Position numbers and translations under genes: made by a program | Notes under the pieces: generated by a model | What the model saw: the letters and a program-made list of their open reading frames with translations, nothing else | The model's database searches: none | Told to the model about the DNA's origin: nothing | Shown: positions 28,427-39,128 of the stretch, one piece after another | Numbering within the stretch: the first letter of the stretch is position 1 | How the letters are laid out: each line of letters begins with the position of its first letter | Assembly (NCBI GenBank): GCA_050331235.1 | Contig: JBHJHA010000101.1 | Location: forward strand, 1 to 39,659 | Source: Leptolyngbyaceae cyanobacterium | GTDB taxonomy: Bacteria > Cyanobacteriota > Cyanobacteriia > Phormidesmidales > Phormidesmidaceae | DNA: 39,659 nucleotides | Reading direction: 5' to 3'

Positions 28427-29329
28427 ATGCTGAAATTTCAACCAGCCGGTTTTGAACAAAAGGTGACTGAAACGGCCCTAGGCATTATGGCCTATTACAC
28501 TCAGGCGATGGATGGGCCTTGGCAATTACGACCAGAGCAGGGTACGGTCATTTTTTTGCATAGTTTAGGAGGTGGGTCTTCGGCCTATGAATGGTCTAAG
28601 GTCTATGGGGCCATGGCCAATGACTATCGGGTGATCGCGCCTGATTTGGTCGGTTGGGGACAGTCGGCTCATCCTCAGCGCAGTTACTGCACCGAAGATT
28701 ACTGCGAGATGGTCGCCCATCTCATCGAGCACATTGCAGGGGCACCGGCGATCGTGGCGGCCACTTCTTTGACGGCTGGGGTAGTCGTGCGCCTAGCGAT
28801 TAAGCGCCCAGATTTGTTTGGGGCCTTGTTTCTAGTCTCTCCCTCGGGAAACGATGATTTTGGTGTGGGCTATCCCTTTAGCCTGCCAGCAATTTTGGCC
28901 GGTACACCCGTTGTCGATCGCCTGATTTATCAATTTGGGGCAGCTAATGAAATTGCCGTGACACAATTTCTCACCAACTTTTTGTTTGCCCATCCAGAGC
29001 GCCTCACCTCAGAAATTGTGCAAGCCTACACCACTTGCACTCAGCAGCCCAATGCTGAATACTCCGCGCTAGCTTCGCTCAAGGGGGATATTTGCTTTGA
29101 CCTGACCCGCTACATTGGCCAGCTCATAGCCCCAACTACGATGGTGGTGGGTGAGAGCGCCTGGTTCAATCGCCCTGACAAGACGAAACGTTTGGCTGCG
29201 ATGAACCGTAAGGCTGTGAGGACAGTCCACGTCGTTCCCGATGTGGGGGTTTTGCCCCACATCGAAGCCCCCGCCGTCAGCATCGGACTATTGCGAGCCT
29301 TTTTGCGGGAGATTGGTCAGTCCCATTGA
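28427..29329 (+). CDS. Alpha/beta-fold hydrolase
   Basis: FLHSLGGGSSAYEW, RVIAPDLVGWGQS, elbow ATSLTAG, C-terminal LPHIE His. ATG 28427 (MLKFQPAGF) avoids overlap with the upstream ORF. Confidence 0.85.
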   Translation: MLKFQPAGFEQKVTETALGIMAYYTQAMDGPWQLRPEQGTVIFLHSLGGGSSAYEWSKVYGAMANDYRVIAPDLVGWGQSAHPQRSYCTEDYCEMVAHLIEHIAGAPAIVAATSLTAGVVVRLAIKRPDLFGALFLVSPSGNDDFGVGYPFSLPAILAGTPVVDRLIYQFGAANEIAVTQFLTNFLFAHPERLTSEIVQAYTTCTQQPNAEYSALASLKGDICFDLTRYIGQLIAPTTMVVGESAWFNRPDKTKRLAAMNRKAVRTVHVVPDVGVLPHIEAPAVSIGLLRAFLREIGQSH

Positions 29330-29348
29330 TAGGCGACCGGGCCCACCA

Positions 29349-29753
29349 TCAACCCATTAGGATGACATTGTCTAACACGTGAATAATACCGTTGGAAGCT
29401 TCAATGTCAGCGGCAACAACGGTAGCGTTTTTGACCTCAAATTTGCCTTCTTTCACACGGATTGGAATGGGAGATCCCTCGACTGAGGGCAGGCTATCGG
29501 TCTCAGCCAAATCCACTTGGCTCCATTTGCCAGCTACGACATGGTAAGTCAAAATCCGAGCGAGCTGAGGGGGATTTTGCACGAGGTTGAGCACGGTATT
29601 AGGTGGCAGCTTGGCAAAAGCATCGTCGTTGGGCGCAAAAACGGTGAAAGGACCCTCTGACTGCAAAACGCCCACTAAGTCCGCAACCTTAACTGCGGTC
29701 ACTAACGTTTCAAAACCGGGGTTGCCCAGAGCAATATCAACAATCGTTGGCAT
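29349..29753 (-). CDS. cupS: Fasciclin-domain CO2-uptake small subunit CupS
   Basis: MPTIVDIA...[17 protein letters not shown]...ILTYHVV...[11 protein letters not shown] (FAS1). SD-like GAGGAG before ATG 29753. Directly downstream of cupA. Confidence 0.9.
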   Translation of the reverse strand: MPTIVDIALGNPGFETLVTAVKVADLVGVLQSEGPFTVFAPNDDAFAKLPPNTVLNLVQNPPQLARILTYHVVAGKWSQVDLAETDSLPSVEGSPIPIRVKEGKFEVKNATVVAADIEASNGIIHVLDNVILMG

Positions 29754-29763
29754 AGGGACTCCT

Positions 29764-31059
29764 CTATCGATAATCTGGGTGTTGCACATCACGCAGGCGA
29801 GCTTCTGGCCGCGTGAGGCGATCCATCTGAGCTTCAAAAAATTGGCGATTAGCCGCGAGGTGCTCAGGGTCCGTATCATCCAGGGGATAGAGCAACGCAG
29901 TCCGTAGCGCTTGAATCACGGCGGAAGTAACGTTGTACATCGATCGCTGAAAGGTGATACCTAGCTGGATGAGGGTATCATCATCGCCTCGACAGTGCTG
30001 CTGATAATACTCCACTAGGTAAGGGGGCAAAAAGTGCAGCATGTCCTGCATAAGCAAGGTCGGCGGAATGCCCGCGCTCCCCACGGGAAAGACGTCGGCA
30101 TAGAGAATGCCATAGTGAAACTCAGCTTGGTCTGAGGGCACCTGCTCTGCTTGAGCATTATAGGATTTGGTGCCACGGAAAGGTGAGGTGCGATAAAACA
30201 CCGCCTCAACGTATGGCAATGCCGCTTCATATAACCAGGTGAACCCAGCGGACTTAGGAATGATTTCGAAGCATTCTTCCCGGATGTAAGCGTGGTGATA
30301 AATGGGGCGACCTGCAACGGCAAAGATACCGTTAACTAAGAATTCCATAGCATCGGGGACGCTTTGGAATCCCCCTTCGTCGTAGATGTCTGACATCTCA
30401 AAAAAGACGGGGGCCATGACCTCCCAAAATAGTCCGAGATTAGCGTAGTAGGAGAGCTGACGCACCTGCTCCAAAAACATTTCGGGGAAGAGCCTATAGA
30501 GGCCCAGCATGGCTGGATTACCTTTGAAATAGGCGCGAATAGCCTGGTCAGCTGCTTCTTTATAAGGTTCGCTGTAAAGGTAGTCGTTGAATTTGGGATT
30601 GATGTCCCGATGCCAAAACAAGGCCCGCATGCAGGCCTCAGCGAACTCCATATTGACGCGATCATGCCAAAGATGATGCAGCAGTTTTGGCAGCTTCAGA
30701 CCTGTTTCGCCTTTTTCCATGAAGGCCAGCAGTTCGGGATGAGCTTCGCCAGGGCCGCGCCAAATCCGCAACTGTGAGGCATCACCCGCATAGGTATTTT
30801 GGCGTTGAAGATACTTGTCAGAAATGAAGTATTTAAAGAACGGTAATGGTTGGAGAAAAACCTGCTCGGCGATGTAAAGCAAATCGCGCCAGTAAAAGTC
30901 CATGGGAACGGCATAGGCCTTGTAGATGCCGATGATTTTCATCAAATTTTCGGGAGAATCGGGCAGCATCGATCCCCCGGCCTCAAGTCGGTGGATGACT
31001 TCAGCAAACTGATGGGAGGTTGGGGGGATGGCAGCGTCAACAAGCGGGGTCGAAGTCAT
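29764..31059 (-). CDS. cupA: CO2 hydration protein CupA (ChpY)
   Basis: [77 protein letters not shown] 31059. Operon context with cupS. Confidence 0.95.
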   Translation of the reverse strand: MTSTPLVDAAIPPTSHQFAEVIHRLEAGGSMLPDSPENLMKIIGIYKAYAVPMDFYWRDLLYIAEQVFLQPLPFFKYFISDKYLQRQNTYAGDASQLRIWRGPGEAHPELLAFMEKGETGLKLPKLLHHLWHDRVNMEFAEACMRALFWHRDINPKFNDYLYSEPYKEAADQAIRAYFKGNPAMLGLYRLFPEMFLEQVRQLSYYANLGLFWEVMAPVFFEMSDIYDEGGFQSVPDAMEFLVNGIFAVAGRPIYHHAYIREECFEIIPKSAGFTWLYEAALPYVEAVFYRTSPFRGTKSYNAQAEQVPSDQAEFHYGILYADVFPVGSAGIPPTLLMQDMLHFLPPYLVEYYQQHCRGDDDTLIQLGITFQRSMYNVTSAVIQALRTALLYPLDDTDPEHLAANRQFFEAQMDRLTRPEARLRDVQHPDYR

Positions 31060-31113
31060 GGTAATGGAACTGAGTGGGAGAACGGCAAAGATAGAGGCAG
31101 ACAACGATCGCAG

Positions 31114-32649
31114 TTACAAGTGGAAGTACTTTGATTTGATCTGGCTGAATGCCAAGGGAACCGCCTCTCTAAAATTAAATGACACTGGAGCCGGTTCTAG
31201 GGCTTCAGCAACGGTGGCGGCGGGGGTGGATTCGGTCCAGCGCATTAACCAGTTGGGCTGGAGCCCCAAAAATACAATTAAGGCAGTGAGGATAAACGCC
31301 GGTATCTGTTCTTCGAGGGTCACTTTAGGAAAGTAGGCGCGATCGTTATCGAGGCGACCAAAGCAGGTCCGATTCAGCAAGATGACAAAATATACGGCGG
31401 TGAGGCCAGTACCCACCACGCAGATCAAAGTCTGAATGGGGAACTGGCGGTAGCTGCCCTGAAATACCACAAACTCGGCCGCGAAGTTGACTAGTCCAGG
31501 GATGCCAGCGCTGGCCATACCGCCTAACACTAGCAGTGCACTGACAAGGGGCAATCCTCTGATTGGATTCATCAGACCATTGAGTACAGAGAGCTCGCGG
31601 GTGCCCACCTTAGCTTCTACGATGCCGACCAGATGGAACAGGATCGCGAGAATCAAACCATGGGAAACCATGAGCGCGATGCAACCGGCCAAACTAAGGG
31701 GAGTCCCCGCGGCCATGCCTAGCAAAATATAGCCCATGTGCCCCACTGAGCTATAAGCGACCATGCGCTTAATGTCTGGTTGGGCGATCGCCACGATCGC
31801 CCCATACATAACACTAATGGCAGCCCACACCGCCAGACCAGGGGCCAAAGCCTGCCACCCCTCAGGCAAAAGGCAAAAGCCAAATCGCAAGAGCCCGTAG
31901 GTGCCCAATTTGGCCAAAACGCCGCCGAGCATGATAGCGACCGGGGGAGAAGCGGCCACGTAGGTATCGGGTAGCCAAGTGTGCAGCGGTACGAGGGGAA
32001 CCTTGATGCCAAACCCCAATAGCAATGGAATCAGCAGTGTAATTTGCCAGTTCAGCGGTAAATCAGCGGCGGCAAGGGCCCCGTAGCTAAAATCGTCAGC
32101 CCCACTGAGCCAAAAAATGCCAAAACAGCCCACTAGAATGAGCGCTCCCGACATTGCGGTGTAGAGCAAAAACTTGGTGGCCGCATAGCCTCGCTTTTCG
32201 CCACCCCAGATAGAAATCAACAGATACAGCGGCACCAACTCAATTTCGTAGAGCAGGAAAAACAGGAGAAAGTTTTGAGCCAAAAAAGCCCCGCTGACAA
32301 CGCTATTGACGATTAATATCAAGCTAAAAAATAACCGAGGTCGCTCGATGGCAGTGGCACTGCTAAAGAGCACAATCCAGGTCAGGAGACTGTTGAGCCC
32401 CACCATTAGAAGGGCGAGCCCATCTAAGCCCAGCTCGTAATCAAGGCCAATTTGAGGAATCCAGGTAAGTCTTTCGGTAATTTGAAAGCCCAAGTCGCTT
32501 AGGTCAAACTGGGTGAATAAGTTCAGTGACCACAGCGCAGTTAAGCTAGCGGTCACTAACGCTGCAGTTCGCGCTTTTTTGGCGGTTAGAGGGGCAACGC
32601 CAATTACCAACGCGCCAACTAGGGGCAGCCAGACAAAAGGACTCAGCAT
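31114..32649 (-). CDS. ndhD3: NDH-1 subunit D3 (NuoM-like, high-affinity CO2 uptake)
   Basis: IWGGEKRGYAATKFLLYT, KVPLVPLHTWLPD, LAKLGTYG, DIKRMVAYSSVGHMGY, LNGLMNPIRGLP, LNRTCFGRLDN. ATG 32649 lies 1 nt after the ndhF3 stop. Confidence 0.93.
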   Translation of the reverse strand: MLSPFVWLPLVGALVIGVAPLTAKKARTAALVTASLTALWSLNLFTQFDLSDLGFQITERLTWIPQIGLDYELGLDGLALLMVGLNSLLTWIVLFSSATAIERPRLFFSLILIVNSVVSGAFLAQNFLLFFLLYEIELVPLYLLISIWGGEKRGYAATKFLLYTAMSGALILVGCFGIFWLSGADDFSYGALAAADLPLNWQITLLIPLLLGFGIKVPLVPLHTWLPDTYVAASPPVAIMLGGVLAKLGTYGLLRFGFCLLPEGWQALAPGLAVWAAISVMYGAIVAIAQPDIKRMVAYSSVGHMGYILLGMAAGTPLSLAGCIALMVSHGLILAILFHLVGIVEAKVGTRELSVLNGLMNPIRGLPLVSALLVLGGMASAGIPGLVNFAAEFVVFQGSYRQFPIQTLICVVGTGLTAVYFVILLNRTCFGRLDNDRAYFPKVTLEEQIPAFILTALIVFLGLQPNWLMRWTESTPAATVAEALEPAPVSFNFREAVPLAFSQIKSKYFHL

Positions 32650-32650
32650 C

Positions 32651-34507
32651 TTATAGACTCTCCTGCAAAACCGGTAGATACAGCCAGCCCATAAACAACG
32701 CAATGAGCACGGTGAAGCCGGCAATCGTCAACAAATAGAATTGCGATCGCCCCGTGTTGCCATACTTCAGGGTTTCACCGCCCACCAGCGAGGCCAAGCC
32801 AATGGCGTTGACCAACCCATCAACAACGTAGCGATCGAGCCAGTCACCCAAACGGGCCAGCAAGCCGACGGCCAGGACCACCGTGTTGCGGTACAGCGTT
32901 GGTGTGTAAAAATCGTAGGCAAATAAATCCACCAGCCATTGCGGCAAAATTTTCGGCGAAAAAAGCTGCCGGTTACGGTAGAGGATGTAGCCAACCATTG
33001 CCCCCGTAAAGCTAGACCAGAACAGCAATAACCCAGTGCTATTCACCGTCATTTGCCAGAGCGGCAGCAAATTTAAGGATTCCAAAATAATAGGAACGTG
33101 TAACGTCAAACCAGCCATCGAAGCCATGGGTAGCACCACAGACCAGATGGGTTCCGGGGCCCGGGCACTCATTATTTGAGTGGGTCCCATAAACATCAGC
33201 GCAAAGGCCCGCATCAAGCTAAATGCCATGAGCCAATTGACGGTGAGGATTAGGACAATGAGCAGCCACGACTGCGCCTGCCAAAGACCATCAACGAGCG
33301 ATCGCATAGACCAAAAGCCCCCCAACGGTGGCATGGCAATGAAGCCAAAGGTACCGATGAGGAAAGATAAGCCAGTGACCGGACGCCGAGACCAGAGACC
33401 GCCCAACTGAGTGAGATCTTGGGTGACGCAAGTCAGGATGACTGAGCCTCCCGCCGCCACTAGAGTTGCCATCGCAAGGGCGTAGGTCAGCAGCAAAAAG
33501 AAGGCAGCACCGGCCTGCTGCGACCCCACAGCAACAAAGACTAACCCCATGTAAGCACTGACCAAATAAGACAGCACGCGCTTGATATCGATCTGGGCAC
33601 AGGCAATTAGGCCACTCCCAATCGCTGTGATCGCTCCGACAGCGATCGCCACCTGGGAGGCCAAAGGTGACAGCCCCAACACAGGCACCAGTTTAATCAA
33701 GACCCAGGCACCGACTGGCACGACAGTGGCATTTCTCAAAATGGACGCTGGTAACGGACCCTCCATGGCCTCATCAAGCCAGAGATGGAGCGGAAACTGC
33801 GCACATTTACTCATGGGTCCCGCAATCAAACCAATCCCGAGTAAAGCTGCTGTGGATGCAGACAAATCAGCCGTTTGGCTCCACTCTGCTAAGCCGCTAA
33901 AGCTCCAAGTACCCGCTAGCGGATAAAGGGCAATCACCGCCATCAACAGGACTAAATCGCCAACGCGTTTGGTCAAAAAGGCATCTCGGGCTCCTGTAAC
34001 CACTAGCGATTGATTAAACCAGTAGCCCACAATTAAATAGGTGCCAAGGGTCAAAATCTCCAGCAGCATATAGCTCAGAAAGACAGAATCGCCTAATACC
34101 AGAGCGGTCATTCCCGCTTCAAACAAGGCCAGCAGCGCATAAAACCGAGCCCATCCCCAATCCATCTCTAGATAGCCGATGGTATAGACCTGCACAAGCA
34201 AGTTAAGACCAGTGATGATCACCGCAGCGCCTAAAGAGAGGGCTGATAGCTCAAACGGCAAAGTGATAGTGAGGTCAGCAACCTGGAGCCAGTTCACCTC
34301 AAAGTAAAAGGCCGGTTGCTGCCAAGTCGCAAGCAAGCCCCCTAAGCTGTGGACAAACGCCAGTAAGGTGGTGAACATATTGAGATAGCCCGCTGGCCTA
34401 GGGCCCGTGCGGCGCATCATGCCAGGTGACCAAGGCAGGCTCAGCAGCGCACCGACTAATGGGTATAGAGGGATGAGCCAACCCGTACTCAGCCAAAGGT
34501 TTGTCAT
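32651..34507 (-). CDS. ndhF3: NDH-1 subunit F3 (NuoL-like, high-affinity CO2 uptake)
   Basis: RRTGPRPAGY, GYLEMDWGWARF, QSLVVTGARDAFLTKRVGD, KCAQFPLHLWLDEAMEGP, TQDLTQLGGLWSRRP. First gene of ndhF-ndhD-cupA-cupS. ATG 34507. Confidence 0.93.
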   Translation of the reverse strand: MTNLWLSTGWLIPLYPLVGALLSLPWSPGMMRRTGPRPAGYLNMFTTLLAFVHSLGGLLATWQQPAFYFEVNWLQVADLTITLPFELSALSLGAAVIITGLNLLVQVYTIGYLEMDWGWARFYALLALFEAGMTALVLGDSVFLSYMLLEILTLGTYLIVGYWFNQSLVVTGARDAFLTKRVGDLVLLMAVIALYPLAGTWSFSGLAEWSQTADLSASTAALLGIGLIAGPMSKCAQFPLHLWLDEAMEGPLPASILRNATVVPVGAWVLIKLVPVLGLSPLASQVAIAVGAITAIGSGLIACAQIDIKRVLSYLVSAYMGLVFVAVGSQQAGAAFFLLLTYALAMATLVAAGGSVILTCVTQDLTQLGGLWSRRPVTGLSFLIGTFGFIAMPPLGGFWSMRSLVDGLWQAQSWLLIVLILTVNWLMAFSLMRAFALMFMGPTQIMSARAPEPIWSVVLPMASMAGLTLHVPIILESLNLLPLWQMTVNSTGLLLFWSSFTGAMVGYILYRNRQLFSPKILPQWLVDLFAYDFYTPTLYRNTVVLAVGLLARLGDWLDRYVVDGLVNAIGLASLVGGETLKYGNTGRSQFYLLTIAGFTVLIALFMGWLYLPVLQESL

Positions 34508-34599
34508 GGCTTCTTCTTTGAGGACCAAACGCGCTAAAAGGAAACTTATCAAGTTACGACAGTCAGCCGCAAATGTGACTATGAATACCGAGAGCTCAA

Positions 34600-34725
34600 C
34601 CTTGGATTGACTTGAGTCAATCTAAAGCGAGTTCAATATTTCCAAAAGTCTATTTACAGACTAGTGTAAGTAGCTTTGCCGAGAAAATCCAGGCTGACAG
34701 ATAGATTGTGCTTAATCTACTTATT
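34600..34725 (-). promoter_or_regulatory. Putative regulator-binding region upstream of ndhF3 (NdhR/CcmR candidate)
   Basis: Palindrome GATTGACT-TG-AGTCAATC (34605-34622). ATAG-N8-TAAT (34701-34716) is an imperfect match to the LysR-type ATAG-N8-CTAT motif. Position upstream of an operon known to be NdhR-repressed in model cyanobacteria. Confidence 0.4.
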
Positions 34726-34928
34726 AGAGTCTAAATGGCAAGCGTCCCCAGCAGATGGACTTATCCATTGAGTCGTTCAGGTTTTACAGGGCTAGGACTA
34801 CCGAACGTGAGGCTGTCCTTTGCCCGACGAGCACAACTGCCGACTTAACCGTGGCCACTGTGATGCGGCTCAACCCTATCCATTCCATGTTCAGGTCAGT
34901 CGCAGCGACGATGGCGTCTTGGCGATCG

Positions 34929-35627
34929 CTATCTCAGATAATCAACCCATCGGTCCACTACATCTGGCGTACCGTACCAGGTAGTCCCCGGTTTGGGCGA
35001 GTGGAAAACATGGTCCAGCACTAGATTGTTAGCGGCTTTGAGATGGGCTGCCGCAATGGGTGTAATGCCATCCCCCCAACACGCCCCTTCGCCCACGGTC
35101 AATTGATAACTATTGTAGGTAAACCAGGTTCGCCAGCGCTGCCCAAAAATCGCCTTGCCAGCGAAGCAGATATAGTTGACGTCGTCGAAGTAAGCGCCCG
35201 GATAGGTCTCGTTAACAAAGTCGAGGTTGCGGCGCGTCCAGCGTTCTTGACTGACGTGGGGGGTGCCTAGCGTTAGCAATGTCTCGACCTGGCGATGGCC
35301 CTGCCAACAGTTGACCCGATCGCGATCGCTGGGGTGCACGTCATAGGCCACATCTCCTAAAAAGATCCGGGCAATCCAGCCGCCGGCCGAATGCCCGACC
35401 AGGTTGACCCGATCGCTCCCCGTCGCCGCGATCGCTTGCTCTACGGCTTGGGCGATGGCCATTACAATTGGCTGTACGGAGCGCCCTCCCACGGTGGGTA
35501 ACCAGCTACTTTGGGTAAGGGGGACGGTCTTGGTCCACACCCCACGGGCATTGAGATCAGCTGCCAAAAAGCGGTAGGGAGCAGCCCCCGCTAAATAACC
35601 CGGAATGATAATTGTTGGTCGCGTCAT
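34929..35627 (-). CDS. Lipase/esterase-family alpha/beta hydrolase
   Basis: IIPGYL oxyanion segment, LVGHSAGG nucleophile motif, LTLGTPH, GDGITP, VFHSP. Confidence 0.88.
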   Translation of the reverse strand: MTRPTIIIPGYLAGAAPYRFLAADLNARGVWTKTVPLTQSSWLPTVGGRSVQPIVMAIAQAVEQAIAATGSDRVNLVGHSAGGWIARIFLGDVAYDVHPSDRDRVNCWQGHRQVETLLTLGTPHVSQERWTRRNLDFVNETYPGAYFDDVNYICFAGKAIFGQRWRTWFTYNSYQLTVGEGACWGDGITPIAAAHLKAANNLVLDHVFHSPKPGTTWYGTPDVVDRWVDYLR

Positions 35628-35671
35628 GTAAGGTCAGAGTTTATCTATCAGGGCGATCTCAGTGCAGCGGC

Positions 35672-37309
35672 TTAGGCCAAAGCCGGGGTGGGATTCCCGG
35701 GCGTTGCCTGGGCGATCGCCGTATCCCAATGTTTGAGCAGGGTGGGCTTGGGCAGCGGGCCTTGCAGGTGCCCCCAGGGCAGAAATTGGGCTCGTCCCCA
35801 CTGTTCATATACGTAGAAGTCAAGGTTGGGCAGTTGGCCCTTTAGTGACTTAAAGGCTCGCTTATAGCTGCCAAGGGAATCGCCAAACTCCCGGGTCTGC
35901 AGCAACAACGGCGTCAATCGGCGATCGCCCCGCGAAATCATCGCCTGAATGATGGACCAGTTGTAGCTCTCAGGTCGAAAGTCAATACCCTGAGACCTTA
36001 GTCGCTTTTGCAGTAGCTTGAGCCGTTTGTCGGCCTGTGGGGCAACTCCGCACCACTGAAATGGCGTGTGGGCTTTAGGCACAAACGTGCTGCATCCCAA
36101 CGTTAGCCGTAAACCCGGTGCAGCCTTTTTGAGCTGCAGCATCAGTTCTGCAGTCGTCTCCACATCTGCGAGGGACTCTCCGGGAATGCCGACCATGCCG
36201 TAGAGCTTCAGAGCACTCATGCCTCCCGCTTTTGCATTGATGGCTGCTGCTACGATATCGGCGGTGTCGAGCTTTTTGTTGACAATCCGACGCACCTGTT
36301 CCGAGCCGCTTTCGATGGCGATCGTGATGGATTTGGTGCCGTGTCGCGTCAGCGTTTCGGTAAGCTTTTGGTTGACGGTATTAGTCCGCACTGAGGCCAT
36401 GCTGACGCGTACATCGTCGAACTGTGCCTGGTTGAGATAATCCAGCAGGTCATCAAATTCGGGATGTTGAGTCACCGAAGCGCCCAGTAACCCTAAGCGA
36501 TTAGTAACCACTATCCCTTTTTCGACAGCTGGAACGAGGCCCGTGGCCATTGGCGCCGCCCGAAAGGGTAGGGTCAGATAGCTGGCCAGGCAAAACCGAC
36601 ACATTTCGGGACAGCTTCTGACTACCTCCACCATATAAATGTTTTCCCAAGCGGCTTTCTCCGTCACAACGGAGGAGGTAGAAAGGGCATTGCCGCGATA
36701 GGTTTGCTTCTCGATCACTGCTGGAATGTCCGCGTCGATGGGCTGGACACCGGTCAACGGCCCAGTCAAGCTTTCATAGGTGGGTTCGTACAACTGGGGG
36801 ATGTAGACTCCTGGCACTTGAGCCAAGTGGCGAAGCTGTGTGGCGCGATCGCAGTCTCGCACTGTTTGATACGCGTCGATAAATGCCCCTAAGACCACTT
36901 CACCATCGCCTAAGAGCACCACGTCAAAAAATGCGGCAAAGGGCTCAGGGTTGGCAGTCAAAACGGGGCCGCCGCCAAACACCAATGGATGCTCGTTGTC
37001 GCGATCAGCAGCCAGAATCGGAATATCTAAGGATGTCAACATCGTCAGAATATTGGCATAATCCAATTCCCAGGACATTGAGAAGCCCAAGAGTTCAATC
37101 GGGTTGGGTAGTGGTTCACTTCCGTCGGTAAACAGGCGGGCGACAGCCAAGTCTTCACGCTGTGCCAGTATTGCCCAAATGATTTGATACCCCAAGCTCG
37201 TGATCCCCACGCTGTACTCATTGGGAAAAGCAAAAACCACCCCAGCGGCATGGCCAGAAGGGGACGTGGGCGTAAATAACAGTCTCTCTAGATGAAATGG
37301 AGCAGTCAA
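35672..37309 (-). CDS. Radical SAM protein with B12-binding-like N-terminal domain
   Basis: FPNEYSVGITSLGYQ, FGGGPVLTANPEP, EVVRSCPEMCRFC (CxxxCxxC), ESGSEQVR, FVPKAHTPFQW. TTG start with AAGGAGAG SD upstream. Confidence 0.9.
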   Translation of the reverse strand: MTAPFHLERLLFTPTSPSGHAAGVVFAFPNEYSVGITSLGYQIIWAILAQREDLAVARLFTDGSEPLPNPIELLGFSMSWELDYANILTMLTSLDIPILAADRDNEHPLVFGGGPVLTANPEPFAAFFDVVLLGDGEVVLGAFIDAYQTVRDCDRATQLRHLAQVPGVYIPQLYEPTYESLTGPLTGVQPIDADIPAVIEKQTYRGNALSTSSVVTEKAAWENIYMVEVVRSCPEMCRFCLASYLTLPFRAAPMATGLVPAVEKGIVVTNRLGLLGASVTQHPEFDDLLDYLNQAQFDDVRVSMASVRTNTVNQKLTETLTRHGTKSITIAIESGSEQVRRIVNKKLDTADIVAAAINAKAGGMSALKLYGMVGIPGESLADVETTAELMLQLKKAAPGLRLTLGCSTFVPKAHTPFQWCGVAPQADKRLKLLQKRLRSQGIDFRPESYNWSIIQAMISRGDRRLTPLLLQTREFGDSLGSYKRAFKSLKGQLPNLDFYVYEQWGRAQFLPWGHLQGPLPKPTLLKHWDTAIAQATPGNPTPALA

Positions 37310-37622
37310 AGACGGGGCTCTCCTTAAACAATAAATGTCTGCCGGGATGAAACGGCTGCCGTTCCTTCCAGCCTAAGACAAATTTCTCAAATCACGGCAA
37401 TCCTCGAGCTCAGTCGACAACTGGACACGTTTGGCTCTGGTTGAATGCACGGTTACGCTTTACAAACCCTTTAATTAGGATGACAGCACACAGATCTTTT
37501 GCTTCCTATTAGCCATGCCTCTGTGGGCAGCAAAGGCCGTAGGATGCCTTCAAATACCTTTTTAAATCACCTTTTGGGAGAGTCTGAACAGTTTCATCCC
37601 TGTTTAGAGAAGCAGCAACGCC

Positions 37623-38681
37623 ATGCAGCAGATATCCGATAAAGCCTTTGATCGTCTAATTTTAGAAGAAACTGTCGTTGCATCTCGTGAGGCCCTCGCA
37701 GAACAGGCCTTGACCCCCGAGCAACAGAAATGCTTAGCCGCAGAAGCCAAACAGTCACTGAAGCAAGGAGCCGCTCACCAACGTCAGGGAAATACGCTGT
37801 TTGCTTTAGCCGATTTCCAAAAAGCCTTACAGGCGTTTCAAACGCTATCTAACGTGCACTCTGAGGCCAAGGTCATCTTGGTGATGGCGCATCTTTGCTA
37901 TGGCTTGGCAGACTACCTCTGGGCCGTTGACTACGCTCGTCAAGGATTAGAGGTAGCGCGTCAACTTGCTGACCAATCGCTGCTACATCAGGCTTTGAGT
38001 TGTCTCGGCAATAGTTATCGTCACCTAGGTGAACTCGACAAAGCTGAGATCTTTATGCTTCAGAGCCTTGGTGTTGCCCAGGCAATGGCAGACAAAGAGT
38101 CGGAAACGCGCTCTTTGGGGAATTTAGCGTTAATTTATCGGGTCAAAGGCGATATCGAAAAGGCCGTTACCCTGTATGAGCAAAGTTTAGAAATTGCCGA
38201 ATCTCAGGACGATCGCACCTCCTTAGAACAGATTTTGCGAAATCTGGGCAATACCCACCACGCATTAGGCAACTCTCAAAAAACCATTCAATATTACGAT
38301 CGCCTGCTGCGCATGTGCCGCGATCGTATGGAGTTAAGCGTGGTCAACAAAATCTTGAGAAACTTGCACAGCGCCTGCTACGCGATCGGTGACTATAGCC
38401 GGGCCGTTGTATATCTCCAAGAGCGACTACAGCTTGTCCGTCAATTGCAAGACCGGCGTGGAGAGATGCAAGCGTTAGAAAGCCTAGCTATCAATTACGA
38501 TATCCTGGGAGAACCGGTCAAAGCTTTGCAGGCTCGAGAAGAGCGACTTAAAACTGCCTTGCAGCTCAATGACTATCAGCTTCAGCGCCAGGCACTTTCC
38601 AGCCTCAAAATGGCCTGCATTGCTCAGGGAGACTTTGAGCGCGTCAAGCGCTACATCGATTACCTAACCGAATCGATATAG
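37623..38681 (+). CDS. Tetratricopeptide repeat protein
   Basis: About 40-aa periodic TPR units (ALSCLGNSYRHLGELDKA; SLGNLALIYRVKGDIEKAVTLYEQSLEIA; ILRNLGNTHHALGNSQK). No catalytic domain seen. Confidence 0.88.
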   Translation: MQQISDKAFDRLILEETVVASREALAEQALTPEQQKCLAAEAKQSLKQGAAHQRQGNTLFALADFQKALQAFQTLSNVHSEAKVILVMAHLCYGLADYLWAVDYARQGLEVARQLADQSLLHQALSCLGNSYRHLGELDKAEIFMLQSLGVAQAMADKESETRSLGNLALIYRVKGDIEKAVTLYEQSLEIAESQDDRTSLEQILRNLGNTHHALGNSQKTIQYYDRLLRMCRDRMELSVVNKILRNLHSACYAIGDYSRAVVYLQERLQLVRQLQDRRGEMQALESLAINYDILGEPVKALQAREERLKTALQLNDYQLQRQALSSLKMACIAQGDFERVKRYIDYLTESI

Positions 38682-39128
38682 CTTAGAGGCCAAACCCTAG
38701 ACCAACTGATCTGGATACCAACTGATTTGGACTGAGCAATTGCGCTGGCTGGTCTTAAAAATACTGTTTTGGAAAATATTTGGCGCTGACTAAGGAAGTT
38801 GGCCGCCAGCAAAGAAGCTGTTGCAGCTGTCTTTGGATTCCTCGTTAGAGGTTGCCATGGATAGACCCGTACATATAGCTACAGGAGACGCTTTCTTCTA
38901 TAGCCTTAAGATCGTAGAAATCAGTTCCAAGGCAGGCCTCTGGGGCGGCGGCAATGGGCAAATTGTTCATAGAGAATATGCGCCCAACAGTTGACGAGTA
39001 GACGGTGTCTGGCAGCTCACATTCAGTGCATAAATTCCAACACGTTCTCTTTTGTACCTCACCAGAAACTCAAAAAAGACAAGCCAGTACCATTCGTCTT
39101 TAACAACCTAGGCACGGTAGTTGAAACT

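Larger units (their letters stand above)
1077..36853. repeat. HIP1 octamer GCGATCGC dispersed (about 40 copies by eye)
   Basis: Examples at 1077, 2702, 3092, 4262, 5541, 5672, 11118, 20836, 27313, 32743, 34922. Density of about 1 per kb is far above chance for an 8-mer and is typical of cyanobacteria. Confidence 0.9.
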
